Shown here in pieces: positions 1 through 8,584 of a DNA stretch of 64,000 nt. Below the pieces are notes generated by a model that did no database searches, was not told the DNA's origin, and was given only the letters and a program-made list of their open reading frames with translations. Position numbers and translations under genes: made by a program. The DNA is from Syntrophaceae bacterium UBA2192 (GTDB taxonomy: Bacteria; Desulfobacterota; Syntrophia; Syntrophales; UBA2192): NCBI GenBank assembly GCA_002327315.1, contig DCVI01000150.1, positions 2,114 to 66,113 on the forward strand, given 5' to 3'. Position 1 is the stretch's first letter, and every line of letters begins with the position of its first letter.

Positions 1-1
1 G

Positions 2-304
2 GTTGCGAAGATCTTCGATGTCATCGTCGTGGCCCTTGCAGGCTATTTCGCGAAGCGAATGTGGAGAACGGCGGCGATCGTCGGGCTAGTCATGATGGGT
101 CCGGAGTTGGTTTTTGCCCTGCCCGGCGGGGTTTCCTTCCGGCTGGCCTCGGCGGCCATCCTCACGCTCATGTTTGTCAACGCCACCCGGGGCTGCTTCC
201 TCTATCATCGGTATGCCCAGGCAAAGCCCGCCCAGCCGACGGTGGAGATATTGCCGCCGGAGCCTCCTCCAACCCAGGAAAAAGAAAACCCGCCACAAGC
301 CTAG
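2..304 (+). CDS. 3' part of a membrane protein gene that starts upstream of the window
   Basis: Frame is open from base 2 (VAKIFDVIVVALAGYF...). Hydrophobic helices (AAIVGLVMMGPELVFALPGG; ASAAILTLMFV) precede a Pro-rich tail. Stop at 302-304, with a hairpin terminator downstream. Confidence 0.4.
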   Translation, partial: VAKIFDVIVVALAGYFAKRMWRTAAIVGLVMMGPELVFALPGGVSFRLASAAILTLMFVNATRGCFLYHRYAQAKPAQPTVEILPPEPPPTQEKENPPQA

Positions 305-365
305 AAGAACTGCATAAGTGACGAAGTGTAGAAGTGTCTGAGTGAAGAGGGAAAAACGTATTATA

Positions 366-404
366 AAGAAGCCCGCCGGATTTCTCCGGCGGGCTTCTTG
401 TTTC
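366..404. terminator. bidirectional rho-independent terminator between convergent genes
   Basis: 14-bp stem AAGAAGCCCGCCGG / CCGGCGGGCTTCTT with loop atttct. A-rich on one side and T-rich on the other. Confidence 0.6.
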
Positions 405-407
405 GGC

Positions 408-2375
408 TCAGTGGGTGAGCTTGCCGCGGTATTTCGTCGAGGGGAGGACCGTGGCGGGGACAACTTCCTGGCTGACCCAGTACGTCGTGTCGATCGTGAA
501 GGCCCTGTTCGTGTAGATCATGTAGCTGCGGCCGGGTTCCAGGGTTTTCAGGTTGCCGACGGTCTTGTGTCCGTGCAGCAGGAGGTACTGCATCGGCCTC
601 TCGAAACTGAAGAAGAGGCTCGCGTAGGGACTGCCCGCGTATGTCCCGAAAACAGCGTTGACGGATCGGTCCCCGGCGGGGAGCTTCTCGAACCGGACGG
701 TGTTGTAGCCCTTGTGGAATGTCATCTCCGTCTTGACGACGATCTTTTCCATGTAGGTTGTCAGTGCCGCGGAGGGTGCCGTCTCGGTCACCGTCACCTC
801 GTCGGGGTCCACCTGGGCCTTGTAGCCGATCTTGAGTTTGTGGACGAAATACCTGCCTGCCTTGGTGACTTTCGAGGCAAACTGGCCCGCCGAGTCGGTG
901 AGGTAATCCCCCACGACCTGCCCGAGTTCGTCCTTCACGGTGACGCTGACGCTCTCCAGCCCCGAGCCGGAAGGAACCTCCCTGATGTTGCCGTTGATGA
1001 AAAATTCCGTCACGGGGGGCGGGACGGGCCCGTCCTTGTCGTACTTGATCAGGACGGCGTCGATGACGCCGGGTGCCTGCTCCCCCAGCACGCCCTCCGT
1101 GGCGCCGGCAAGGTAGACGGTCCCCGAGGGGTCCACGGCGATCCCATAGGCCCAGTCCTGGGCGGCCGTGCCGAGCTGCCGGGTGAAGAGCTTCCGGCCC
1201 TCCGGCGCGAGGCGCGTCAGGAAGATGTCGGAGGCGCCCAGATAGCTCTGCCCGTCGAGACCCGGGCCGCCGGGGTAACCGGTAATTCCGGTCAGGTAGA
1301 TACTACCCTCGGCATCGACGGCAACCCCGTAGGCGACGTCATTGGTCGTCGTTCCGTACTGGTAGGACCAGAGCTTGCTGAGGTTTGCAGTGTATTTGAC
1401 GACGACGATGTCCTCATTGCCCGACCAGGCGTTCCCGTCGAAGGCCCCCAGGGTCGAGCCGGCGACGATGACGTTGCCCTTGCTGTCGACGGTGATGGCC
1501 CTGCCGATGTCGTTATCGCTTCCGTTGTTGGGGCCCCCCACCGTAGCGAGCTTTTTCAGCGTGCACCAGGCATCGAACTTGGCGATGAAGAGGGATCCGT
1601 TTTCATAAGCCCGGGCCAGGCCCGTGACGTAGATGTAGTCATAGGCCGTGCTGCTGTCGACGGCCACGCCGTAGGCATAGGTGTCCAGGGGGCGCGTTGC
1701 GACGCTGAACTGGTTGACGGGCATATCGACTCCGGTGGCGCTGAGCTGCAACAGGAAGGCGTTGCTATAGTCGCCGGGGTCGGTCACGCCGTCCATGGCG
1801 CCCTTCGTCGCCCCTACCGCATAGACCAGGCCGCTGCGGTCGGCGGCTACCGCGTAGGCGAAATCATCTTTGTCCGTGCCGAACTGCTTGATCCAGCGAA
1901 TCGTCCCCCCGGTGTGAATCTTTGCAACGAATACATCGGCGAGGCCGGCGTTTGCGTTCTCCGGCGGGACAACGGGCTGCTCGGCGCCTCCCGGCATGCT
2001 CCCCATCGTCCAGCCTGCGACATAGAGGAAGCCATATCGGTCGAGGGTGATCCCCTCGATGAAATCATCAGCCCCTGAACCGAACTGGACGACCCAGAGG
2101 AGCGCTCCCTGGGGGTCGAACTTGGCCACGAAGGCATCGGTGCCGCCCTTGTTGGTGTTCGGGACGAGCTGAGTCTCTGCGTTGATCGCGCCATGGGTTG
2201 TGCCTGCCACGTAGACGTTTCCAGAGGCATCCGTGACAAGCTCCTTGGCGTAATCGATCTGGGTCGAACCGAACTGCTTGACCCACTGAGGTGGGACGGG
2301 CGCCGTGGCGGCGAAAGCGGACCCGGCCAGCATGATGAAAAGGATGACGGTGACGACGAAATGACGGGTTTTCAT
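408..2375 (-). CDS. secreted SBBP-type beta-propeller repeat protein with a C-terminal Ig/CarboxypepD_reg-like region
   Basis: AGGAGG RBS before ATG at 2375. Signal peptide MKTRHFVVTVILFIMLAGSAFA. At least 7 repeats of the type D-[FW]-A-Y-[GA]-[VI]-A-V-D-x-x-G-x-[VI]-Y-[VL]-[AT]-G. The track ORF start at 2564 is rejected as an upstream extension. Confidence 0.8.
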   Translation of the reverse strand: MKTRHFVVTVILFIMLAGSAFAATAPVPPQWVKQFGSTQIDYAKELVTDASGNVYVAGTTHGAINAETQLVPNTNKGGTDAFVAKFDPQGALLWVVQFGSGADDFIEGITLDRYGFLYVAGWTMGSMPGGAEQPVVPPENANAGLADVFVAKIHTGGTIRWIKQFGTDKDDFAYAVAADRSGLVYAVGATKGAMDGVTDPGDYSNAFLLQLSATGVDMPVNQFSVATRPLDTYAYGVAVDSSTAYDYIYVTGLARAYENGSLFIAKFDAWCTLKKLATVGGPNNGSDNDIGRAITVDSKGNVIVAGSTLGAFDGNAWSGNEDIVVVKYTANLSKLWSYQYGTTTNDVAYGVAVDAEGSIYLTGITGYPGGPGLDGQSYLGASDIFLTRLAPEGRKLFTRQLGTAAQDWAYGIAVDPSGTVYLAGATEGVLGEQAPGVIDAVLIKYDKDGPVPPPVTEFFINGNIREVPSGSGLESVSVTVKDELGQVVGDYLTDSAGQFASKVTKAGRYFVHKLKIGYKAQVDPDEVTVTETAPSAALTTYMEKIVVKTEMTFHKGYNTVRFEKLPAGDRSVNAVFGTYAGSPYASLFFSFERPMQYLLLHGHKTVGNLKTLEPGRSYMIYTNRAFTIDTTYWVSQEVVPATVLPSTKYRGKLTH

Positions 2376-2680
2376 GACTCCCCTCCTGAAAAGCCCTTTT
2401 GTTCGCGCCTGAGCGGTTGTGCAGGTAGCGGTGACGGGAAAAAGGCATCCGGGAAGCGATGAGGGGATCCGCGGCGGGGTGCCGAAGACAGCCCCCGGGC
2501 CCGGTACTCCGGAACCGGAGGGTGCTCGGCTCGCCTGGCAGCCCTGCAACCCTATCCCGCGCAAGCGGGACGTAGGCCGGTGGCTTTGCGCCCCATCCTT
2601 TCGGATGGTTTGCCCTTTTCAGGCTCGTCAATCCCTATATCGGCAGGTCAGCGGAAAACTTTAGCGGGATGTCTCCTGCA

Positions 2681-2740
2681 AATAGGTAATGTCACTCGGA
2701 AAAAGATATTGTCACTGTCAAAAAGATAATGTCATTAGAA
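2681..2740 (+). repeat. three tandem 20-bp direct repeats (AAWAGRTAWTGTCAYTnnnA)
   Basis: aataggtaatgtcactcgga / aaaagatattgtcactgtca / aaaagataatgtcattagaa are exactly contiguous. They lie at the left edge of the AT-rich island. Confidence 0.75.
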
Positions 2741-2914
2741 CCTTCAAGAGCCATCGGGCATTACCTTGATCCATCAAACAATCGGCCCCGTCCATCCTGA
2801 AATCGGAGCAAAGACAATCATTCTTTCGAATGGAAGCTGTCTTTAAACATATGGACCACTCCAGATAGTAATGAAATAAGGCAACTTGAATACAGTAGCA
2901 TGCAGGAGGATTCG

Positions 2915-3421
2915 ATGCACAGGCGACAGATCAATGAATTAGAGTTGCATGACCTTTTCGCGACGATCGGCCGAGGCATTTGGTATCTTCTCTACGTTGA
3001 GGAAGCTTTGAACACATTCATCACGCTGAAGCACGGCATAGGAACCCCGGGTGCGGTATCAGCGGCGGAAGGTGAAGCGATCTTGGAGAAGCACCGCAGA
3101 AATACCTTGGGAAAATCTCTGAAGCTGTCCCGCGATGCTTCCGTACTGAGTTCCTCGCTGCAGGCGCGGGCGGAAGGATTCCGTAATGAGAGGAACTGGC
3201 TTGTCCATTATCTTCACATGCATCGTGAAGACCTGTATATCGATGAGGGCCGCGCAAAGCTGATGATGCGCCTCGAATCATTCGTGGAGGAAGCTATGGC
3301 TCTACAGAAGCTCATCGCGGAGGAAACGGTAGCCTTCATTGAGTCGAAAGGCCTTAGCAGAGAGGCCGGACTCCGCCTGGCATTGGATCAGATCCGCGGA
3401 TCGAAGGGAGAGAATCCTTGA
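2915..3421 (+). CDS. hypothetical protein with a HEPN-like RNxxxH motif
   Basis: AGGAGG at 2903-2908 sits 6 nt before ATG 2915. The protein looks all-helical and contains FRNERNWLVHYLH, which fits the HEPN Rx4-6H motif (RNxxxHxY as in DUF86/HepT). I recognise no other family. Confidence 0.55.
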   Translation: MHRRQINELELHDLFATIGRGIWYLLYVEEALNTFITLKHGIGTPGAVSAAEGEAILEKHRRNTLGKSLKLSRDASVLSSSLQARAEGFRNERNWLVHYLHMHREDLYIDEGRAKLMMRLESFVEEAMALQKLIAEETVAFIESKGLSREAGLRLALDQIRGSKGENP

Positions 3422-3508
3422 TCCAGTCCGCTTCGCGCATCCCGGAAAACCGCATGGAAGACGAAAAACATCTTGCGTGTCATGTGCGTTATGTTATATT
3501 ACATAGCC

Positions 3509-3718
3509 ATGGCGAGAGGAAAATCCGGCCGGATCGTCATCGAGATCGATCCCAAGGCAAAAAGCGATATCTACGCATGTCTGGCCAGGGACAACATGAC
3601 TATGAAGGAGTGGTTCGAGGACAGCGTTGATCGATACCTGAAGACGAGGGGGCAGCAACAACTGTTCGGCGACGAAATGATGGCAAGGAGGCGACGCAAC
3701 AGCAAAACCCGGGAATGA
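3509..3718 (+). CDS. ribbon-helix-helix (CopG/Arc/ParG-like) DNA-binding protein
   Basis: MARGKSGRIVIEIDPKAKSDIYACLARDNMTMKEWFEDSVDRYLK fits a beta-alpha-alpha RHH layout with a basic tail. TTGCGT-16nt-TATATT sits just upstream, so the transcript may be leaderless. There is no SD sequence. Confidence 0.5.
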   Translation: MARGKSGRIVIEIDPKAKSDIYACLARDNMTMKEWFEDSVDRYLKTRGQQQLFGDEMMARRRRNSKTRE

Positions 3719-4001
3719 ACTGTCCTTCCCCATTCGTTATAACTACATAAAAATAAACAATATTTCTCGGCATGAAAAAACACATGAACAGACGTCACGA
3801 CTTGTCGGTACATGGTTACCGGCACAGGTTGACCGAATGGACAAGTGGGTCGAAAAAAACAAGCAGCATGCATTTCTCCCATTCAGACTTCCAGTCCACG
3901 AGCCCCCTTTTCTAAAAAAAAGTATTCATTGAAAAAAAGATGTATAAGCAATAAGAAAAGATCAGCGGTTTTCCACCCACTTAGAAATTCGCGAGGATAT
4001 C

Positions 4002-5084
4002 ATGCCTTACGCGCGAGCAGAGTCGGAACTCTTCACCTTTGATCAATACGATTTCACGCTCCCCCCACAGGCTGGACTGTACCCGGAATTTCGCTACATG
4101 GGCTCGAAGAGCCGCCTTTTGCCATGGATCTACAGTGTTCTGAAAAGCCTAGACTTTGAAACGGCGGCCGACCCCTTCCTTGGGAGCGGCTGCGTTGCCT
4201 ACTTGCTGAAAAGCATGGGGAAGGAGGTCCTAGGAGCCGATTTCCTCAACTTTCCTACCGTAATCGCGAAAGCCTCAATAGAAAACAACACAACCCAAGT
4301 TGATGAAAAATCGTTAAAGCGCCTTTTGTCCACCCGGAAGAAAGCGCCTGATTTCATCCAAAAGAAATTCTCAGGCATTTTCTTCGATGCCGAAGATCGG
4401 GTGTTTCTCGACCGGGTCTGCGGGAATATCGAAAGCTTGGGAGATGATTACCGGCAGGCTATCGCTAGAGCAGCCCTGATCCGGTCTTGCCTTAAAAAAC
4501 AGCCCCGGGGCGTATTCACGGTATCCGGAGATCCCTCCAGATATGACGACGGCCGGCGCGACCTGCGGCTTTCCATAGAGGAGCACTTCCTTGAACAGGT
4601 TCAGGTGCTCAACGAGATCGTATTCGACAACGGGCACCGGCATAAGATTTTTCACAGCGACGTTTTCGATCTTCCGGCGGAAGGAATCGATCTCGTTTAT
4701 TTCGATCCGCCTTACGTCCCGCGATCGGACGACAATTGCTACGTGAAGCGATATCATTTTCTGGAAGGACTCTCCTGTTACTGGAGGGGACTCGAAATTA
4801 TGGAAAATACCAAGGTCAAAAAGATCGCCAAGCAATATACCCCGTTCAGTTACAGACGAACGGCCGTCGATGCCTTCCACAGGCTGTTCCGGCAATTCAG
4901 AAATTCAATCATTGTCCTCTCATACAGTTCAAACGGCTTCCCCGATTTGGGAGAGCTTGAATCCATCATGGGTCAATATAAAAAACGAGTGGTCACTTAC
5001 AAAAAGCCACACCGCTACCATTTTGGGACGCACAGTCGGGTTGAGCGTGCCCTGGTTGAAGAATTTCTGATTGTTGGTTGTTGA
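4002..5084 (+). CDS. DNA N6-adenine methyltransferase (Dam/D12-class)
   Basis: YMGSKSRLLPWI N-terminal motif, SAM-binding DPFLGSGCVAY, and catalytic FDPPYV. Confidence 0.85.
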   Translation: MPYARAESELFTFDQYDFTLPPQAGLYPEFRYMGSKSRLLPWIYSVLKSLDFETAADPFLGSGCVAYLLKSMGKEVLGADFLNFPTVIAKASIENNTTQVDEKSLKRLLSTRKKAPDFIQKKFSGIFFDAEDRVFLDRVCGNIESLGDDYRQAIARAALIRSCLKKQPRGVFTVSGDPSRYDDGRRDLRLSIEEHFLEQVQVLNEIVFDNGHRHKIFHSDVFDLPAEGIDLVYFDPPYVPRSDDNCYVKRYHFLEGLSCYWRGLEIMENTKVKKIAKQYTPFSYRRTAVDAFHRLFRQFRNSIIVLSYSSNGFPDLGELESIMGQYKKRVVTYKKPHRYHFGTHSRVERALVEEFLIVGC

Positions 5085-5920
5085 TGAAGCGCACACAGCA
5101 GACATTATCCGAAATTCTGTCCTCACTGCAGCCTCTTCAAGTCGATTGGCAGGATGATGTTGCCCTCCGGGTTATCGACTATCTGAAAACGATCCCACAA
5201 AAGAAAAAATACGGCCGGCCGGATATCAAACGCATCCTGAATCACAACTTCGATGATGCCCTCCTGATCTTCCGCTTATTTCTCGGTTTGTCCAAAGACC
5301 AATTCATTCCGATGCTCAATTCCGAGCTGGGTGGAGGCGGCAGCGGGATCAAACGCTATAATCAAGACCAGGATGCTTATATTCAGGCCTTGGTTTCTCT
5401 GGAAGTCCCCCAAGCCATGGCGGCCTGCATCAACCGGGTTCCGCACTGGTCGGACATTCTGGTGGAGCGACTGCGCAGCGGGCGTGGCAGCGCGATCAGC
5501 GGCATGAAACGCGGGCGCACGGTGGAAGACTTCGTCGAGGCGATCGTAAAGAGGATCTTCACATCGTATGATGTCCGTTGTGATTTCAGCGGTATTTCCG
5601 GAAAGAAAGCAAAATGCGATTTCGCAATCCCCAGCCGCGACTTGCCTAAAATCATTATCGAGTCGAAAGGCTATGCCGCAACCGGCTCCAAGATGACGGA
5701 CATCATGGGCGATCTGGAAAAAATCATGACAGCCAAACGCCACGACACCACGCTTCTACTCTTCACCGACGGTTTGTCCTGGAACCAGCGCCAGAGTGAC
5801 CTCGCAAAGATTATCAAGTTCCAGAATGAAGGCTACATCGAGCGGATCTATACGTTAAAGATGGCGGAGCAGCTTGAAGAGGATCTGAAGAGTTTAAAGG
5901 CGGAACTTGGGCTTGAGTGA
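5084..5920 (+). CDS. type II restriction endonuclease, DpnII/MboI-like (GATC-type suspected)
   Basis: Its start overlaps the methyltransferase stop (TGATG). KCDFAIPSRDLPKIIIESKGYAATGSKMTD resembles the DpnII core as I recall it (RFDFVI...LIEVNFYSGSGSKLNE). GRTVEDFVEAIV resembles GDAMENIV. Confidence 0.6.
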   Translation: MKRTQQTLSEILSSLQPLQVDWQDDVALRVIDYLKTIPQKKKYGRPDIKRILNHNFDDALLIFRLFLGLSKDQFIPMLNSELGGGGSGIKRYNQDQDAYIQALVSLEVPQAMAACINRVPHWSDILVERLRSGRGSAISGMKRGRTVEDFVEAIVKRIFTSYDVRCDFSGISGKKAKCDFAIPSRDLPKIIIESKGYAATGSKMTDIMGDLEKIMTAKRHDTTLLLFTDGLSWNQRQSDLAKIIKFQNEGYIERIYTLKMAEQLEEDLKSLKAELGLE

Positions 5921-5970
5921 TCTTTGCGAAATAACAGGGCCCCCGGAGCCCACGGAGCAATGCTTAAGCA

Positions 5971-7098
5971 ATGAAAAGGAATCCGAATACTTTCATAAGC
6001 TACTCCCATGATTCCGAGGAGCTTAAACGGATCATATTGGCTTTCGCAAATCAACTAAGACAACAAGGGATTAACTGTAACCTTGATCAATATGAAGAAT
6101 CGCCGGAGAATGGCTGGATTTCATGGATGGAAGCCGAGATACGCAGTAGCGATTACGTCCTTGTTGTGTGTACCGAAGGCTATACAGCAAAACTTCAGCC
6201 CGGAACCAAAAGCCCGCAAGGGAAGGGGGTCAAATGGGAAGGGGCAATCATCACACAGGAACTTTACGAATCTGAAGGAAGAAACAGGAAATTCATTCCC
6301 GTATTGTTGCACGAAGACGATAAGCCATGTATTCCGCGACCGCTCAAATCGTACACCTATTACATCCTGACTGACACGGGTTATGAAAAATTATATCGGA
6401 GACTTACAAAGCAAATCGCTATCGAGAAACCACCAGTAGGGGGAATCCTAGAATTTCCAAGGACAGGGAAGAATATCTCAAATCAGGCTTCCACACCTAA
6501 TCTCCAGCCCAAGAGCCTATCCCAGAATATTGTCGGAAACAATAACATACAGATCGGTGAATTAAGCATGCGGGCTGGCGCTACGGTACGCATCGCACTA
6601 TTGCCAGCACCGGGGACAATAGGTGCCAACCATCTATTGAAACAAGCGATGATGGATCGGTTCAATAAGTTAGGAGAGGAGCGGGAAAAACGATTTGGCA
6701 AAAGTGCATATCCGGTTATGTATAGTCTTTTCAAAAGAGCATTCGGTATAAAAAAGAAAAGGTCGTGGACCGATATTTGGAATTGGCCCGAAGCTGCGGC
6801 AGATGAGATCACAAAGTATCTAGATGAAAAATTCGCAAATACCATAGCGGGGAGAGTAGAGAGTGCTGCTCAAAAGGGAAGACGAATACCCAGTAAAGGC
6901 GACCTGTTTAGAAGAGAAAAGGAGTTGCTGGCCCAGTTGGATCTGGAGATATCGAGTCCTAAAGTAACAAATGCTTTGGTGAAATATTTTGGCGTCAACA
7001 GCCACACGAAGCTGGACTCTCTGAAACATTGGCACTGGGTAATGTATTTGGAGGAACTAGTGAGACAAGCAATCGGAGAACGGCCTTCTCGCTTTTAA
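5971..7098 (+). CDS. SEFIR (TIR-like) domain protein with an uncharacterised C-terminal domain
   Basis: N-terminus TFISYSHDSEELKRIILAFANQLRQQGINCNLDQY...GWISWMEAEIRSSDYVLVVCTEGY matches the SEFIR pattern (FISYSH, W..E, hydrophobic strand + C/S). I do not recognise any family for residues from about 190 to 375. Confidence 0.75.
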   Translation: MKRNPNTFISYSHDSEELKRIILAFANQLRQQGINCNLDQYEESPENGWISWMEAEIRSSDYVLVVCTEGYTAKLQPGTKSPQGKGVKWEGAIITQELYESEGRNRKFIPVLLHEDDKPCIPRPLKSYTYYILTDTGYEKLYRRLTKQIAIEKPPVGGILEFPRTGKNISNQASTPNLQPKSLSQNIVGNNNIQIGELSMRAGATVRIALLPAPGTIGANHLLKQAMMDRFNKLGEEREKRFGKSAYPVMYSLFKRAFGIKKKRSWTDIWNWPEAAADEITKYLDEKFANTIAGRVESAAQKGRRIPSKGDLFRREKELLAQLDLEISSPKVTNALVKYFGVNSHTKLDSLKHWHWVMYLEELVRQAIGERPSRF

Positions 7099-7118
7099 TG
7101 ATTCATCGCTAAGGACGA

Positions 7119-8387
7119 ATGAGAACTATCCAAAAGGTTATAGATTATGAAAGCGAGGAGAGCATAGTCGCAGATGTTTTCTTCGCCAAAGATGAAGCCG
7201 ATGTCTTTACGCAACGGTCCGCACTGGAGAAGGCTTATCATCAGCATAGAAAAATTTGGGTCTGCCCTGTTTGCCGGCAGCCCGTTAAAATCAGGGGGAG
7301 AAAAAACGGCATTCAATCCATGCATTTCGCGCATTTCGCAGACCTGCGTGATTGTCCGATAAAGACAGGGAAGAATTATACCAAAGGTGAAATCCTTAGG
7401 ATGGTCTACAATGGGCAGAAAGAAAGCCCGAGACATGACAGGCTGAAGAATCTCATCGCGGAACAAATATCAAAGGATGAAAGGTTTAAAGAAATCAATG
7501 TAGAGAAACGGTTTGTGGGAATCTGTAAAGACTGGAGAAAACCAGATGTCTCAGCAATTTTCAACGGGAAGAAAGTCGTCTTTGAGCTTCAGCTTAATAC
7601 AACCTTTCTCAGCGTTATAACTGAACGAAATCTGTTTTACCAAGATAATCAAACATACATTCTCTGGGTCTTCGACCACAAGCGAAAGAATATTGATGAT
7701 ATGCGGTTTATGGAAAAAGATATTGTTTATCCCAATCACCATAACGCCTTTTTCATCAATGAAGCAGTGAATGATGGCCAATTCAAGCTGTTTTGTTACT
7801 ACGAAGAACCCAATATAGTTGATGGATCAATCGAGAATGTCTGGCAGTTAAAGGAAATTGATTTTGGCGATCTGACATTTAGCGCAGATTTTCAGGTTTA
7901 TTGGTTCCATTATGAAAAGAAAAAGAAATCGCTACTTGAAGAAATAGAGCAAAACAAGTTTTTAGAATTTGGAAAGGTATGGCGATCCGCTTCTTATGAA
8001 GAGCGATCTCACCTGCTTGATAGATACAGCCATATTCTCAGAGGCCAATGTAAGGATTTTAATTTTCATGAGCTGTCGAATCTTCTGGATTGTTTATACT
8101 CAATCAAATTTAAAGAGCCCATAGGATACAAGTATGTTCGGGTCGTGCAATTATTGCATCAATATCTTGGGAAAGACACGGGCCAAGATTCGCACTTTGG
8201 TGAATATGTCTTTAAATCAATAAGAGTATACGCGCACGATCATATCAAAAAAGAAGATCGAACAAAGAAATTATCCGCTAAGGCAATAGATTACAGAAAG
8301 AAAGGGTTTAAACAATCTGACAAATACGACCCTTTTCTGAAACGGCTGTTTCCGGAGTTATTTTTAGAGGAAATGAAGAATAGGTGA
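7119..8387 (+). CDS. CoiA-like zinc-ribbon / PD-(D/E)xK nuclease family protein
   Basis: The ordered motifs CPVCRQPV...HFAHF...ESPRHDRLKNLI...WRKPDVSAIF...VVFELQLN...ERNLFY...YILWVF match the CoiA family order (CPxC, HFxH, ESxxH..K, rPDV, E.Q.S, R..Y, ilWv). The gene lies 21 bp after the SEFIR gene. Confidence 0.75.
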   Translation: MRTIQKVIDYESEESIVADVFFAKDEADVFTQRSALEKAYHQHRKIWVCPVCRQPVKIRGRKNGIQSMHFAHFADLRDCPIKTGKNYTKGEILRMVYNGQKESPRHDRLKNLIAEQISKDERFKEINVEKRFVGICKDWRKPDVSAIFNGKKVVFELQLNTTFLSVITERNLFYQDNQTYILWVFDHKRKNIDDMRFMEKDIVYPNHHNAFFINEAVNDGQFKLFCYYEEPNIVDGSIENVWQLKEIDFGDLTFSADFQVYWFHYEKKKKSLLEEIEQNKFLEFGKVWRSASYEERSHLLDRYSHILRGQCKDFNFHELSNLLDCLYSIKFKEPIGYKYVRVVQLLHQYLGKDTGQDSHFGEYVFKSIRVYAHDHIKKEDRTKKLSAKAIDYRKKGFKQSDKYDPFLKRLFPELFLEEMKNR

Positions 8388-8584
8388 ATTCGCCAGCCGA
8401 TGGGATTCTGTCAAAAGTAGACCAGATCTGGGATTAATCAATCAGGGCAGGGAATGCGCATCTGTTGCGGGAAAATGCGAACAGCCGTTTCAGCGTCTGC
8501 ATAGATAGTCCCATATGCTCCTCCAGGAATTAAAAGACTGCGCGTTAAGAGCGAGGCGAAGCCGCGTCTGCGCTGATGCCCTTG

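Noticed and set aside
342-2078. 578-aa plus-strand ORF, and similar very long ORFs antisense to real genes: 13379-15502, 21012-22010, 31182-33122, 33733-34767, 34902-36467, 37937-38743, 39054-40295, 42366-43277, 45689-46990, 47700-48764, 48265-49356, 50254-51231, 52804-54231, 54392-55468, 58324-60009 and 61264-62730
   Set aside because: These are shadow ORFs typical of GC-rich DNA. Their products are Arg/Gly/Asp/Pro/His-rich and low in complexity, with no motifs. Each lies opposite a gene with clear family signatures and an RBS.
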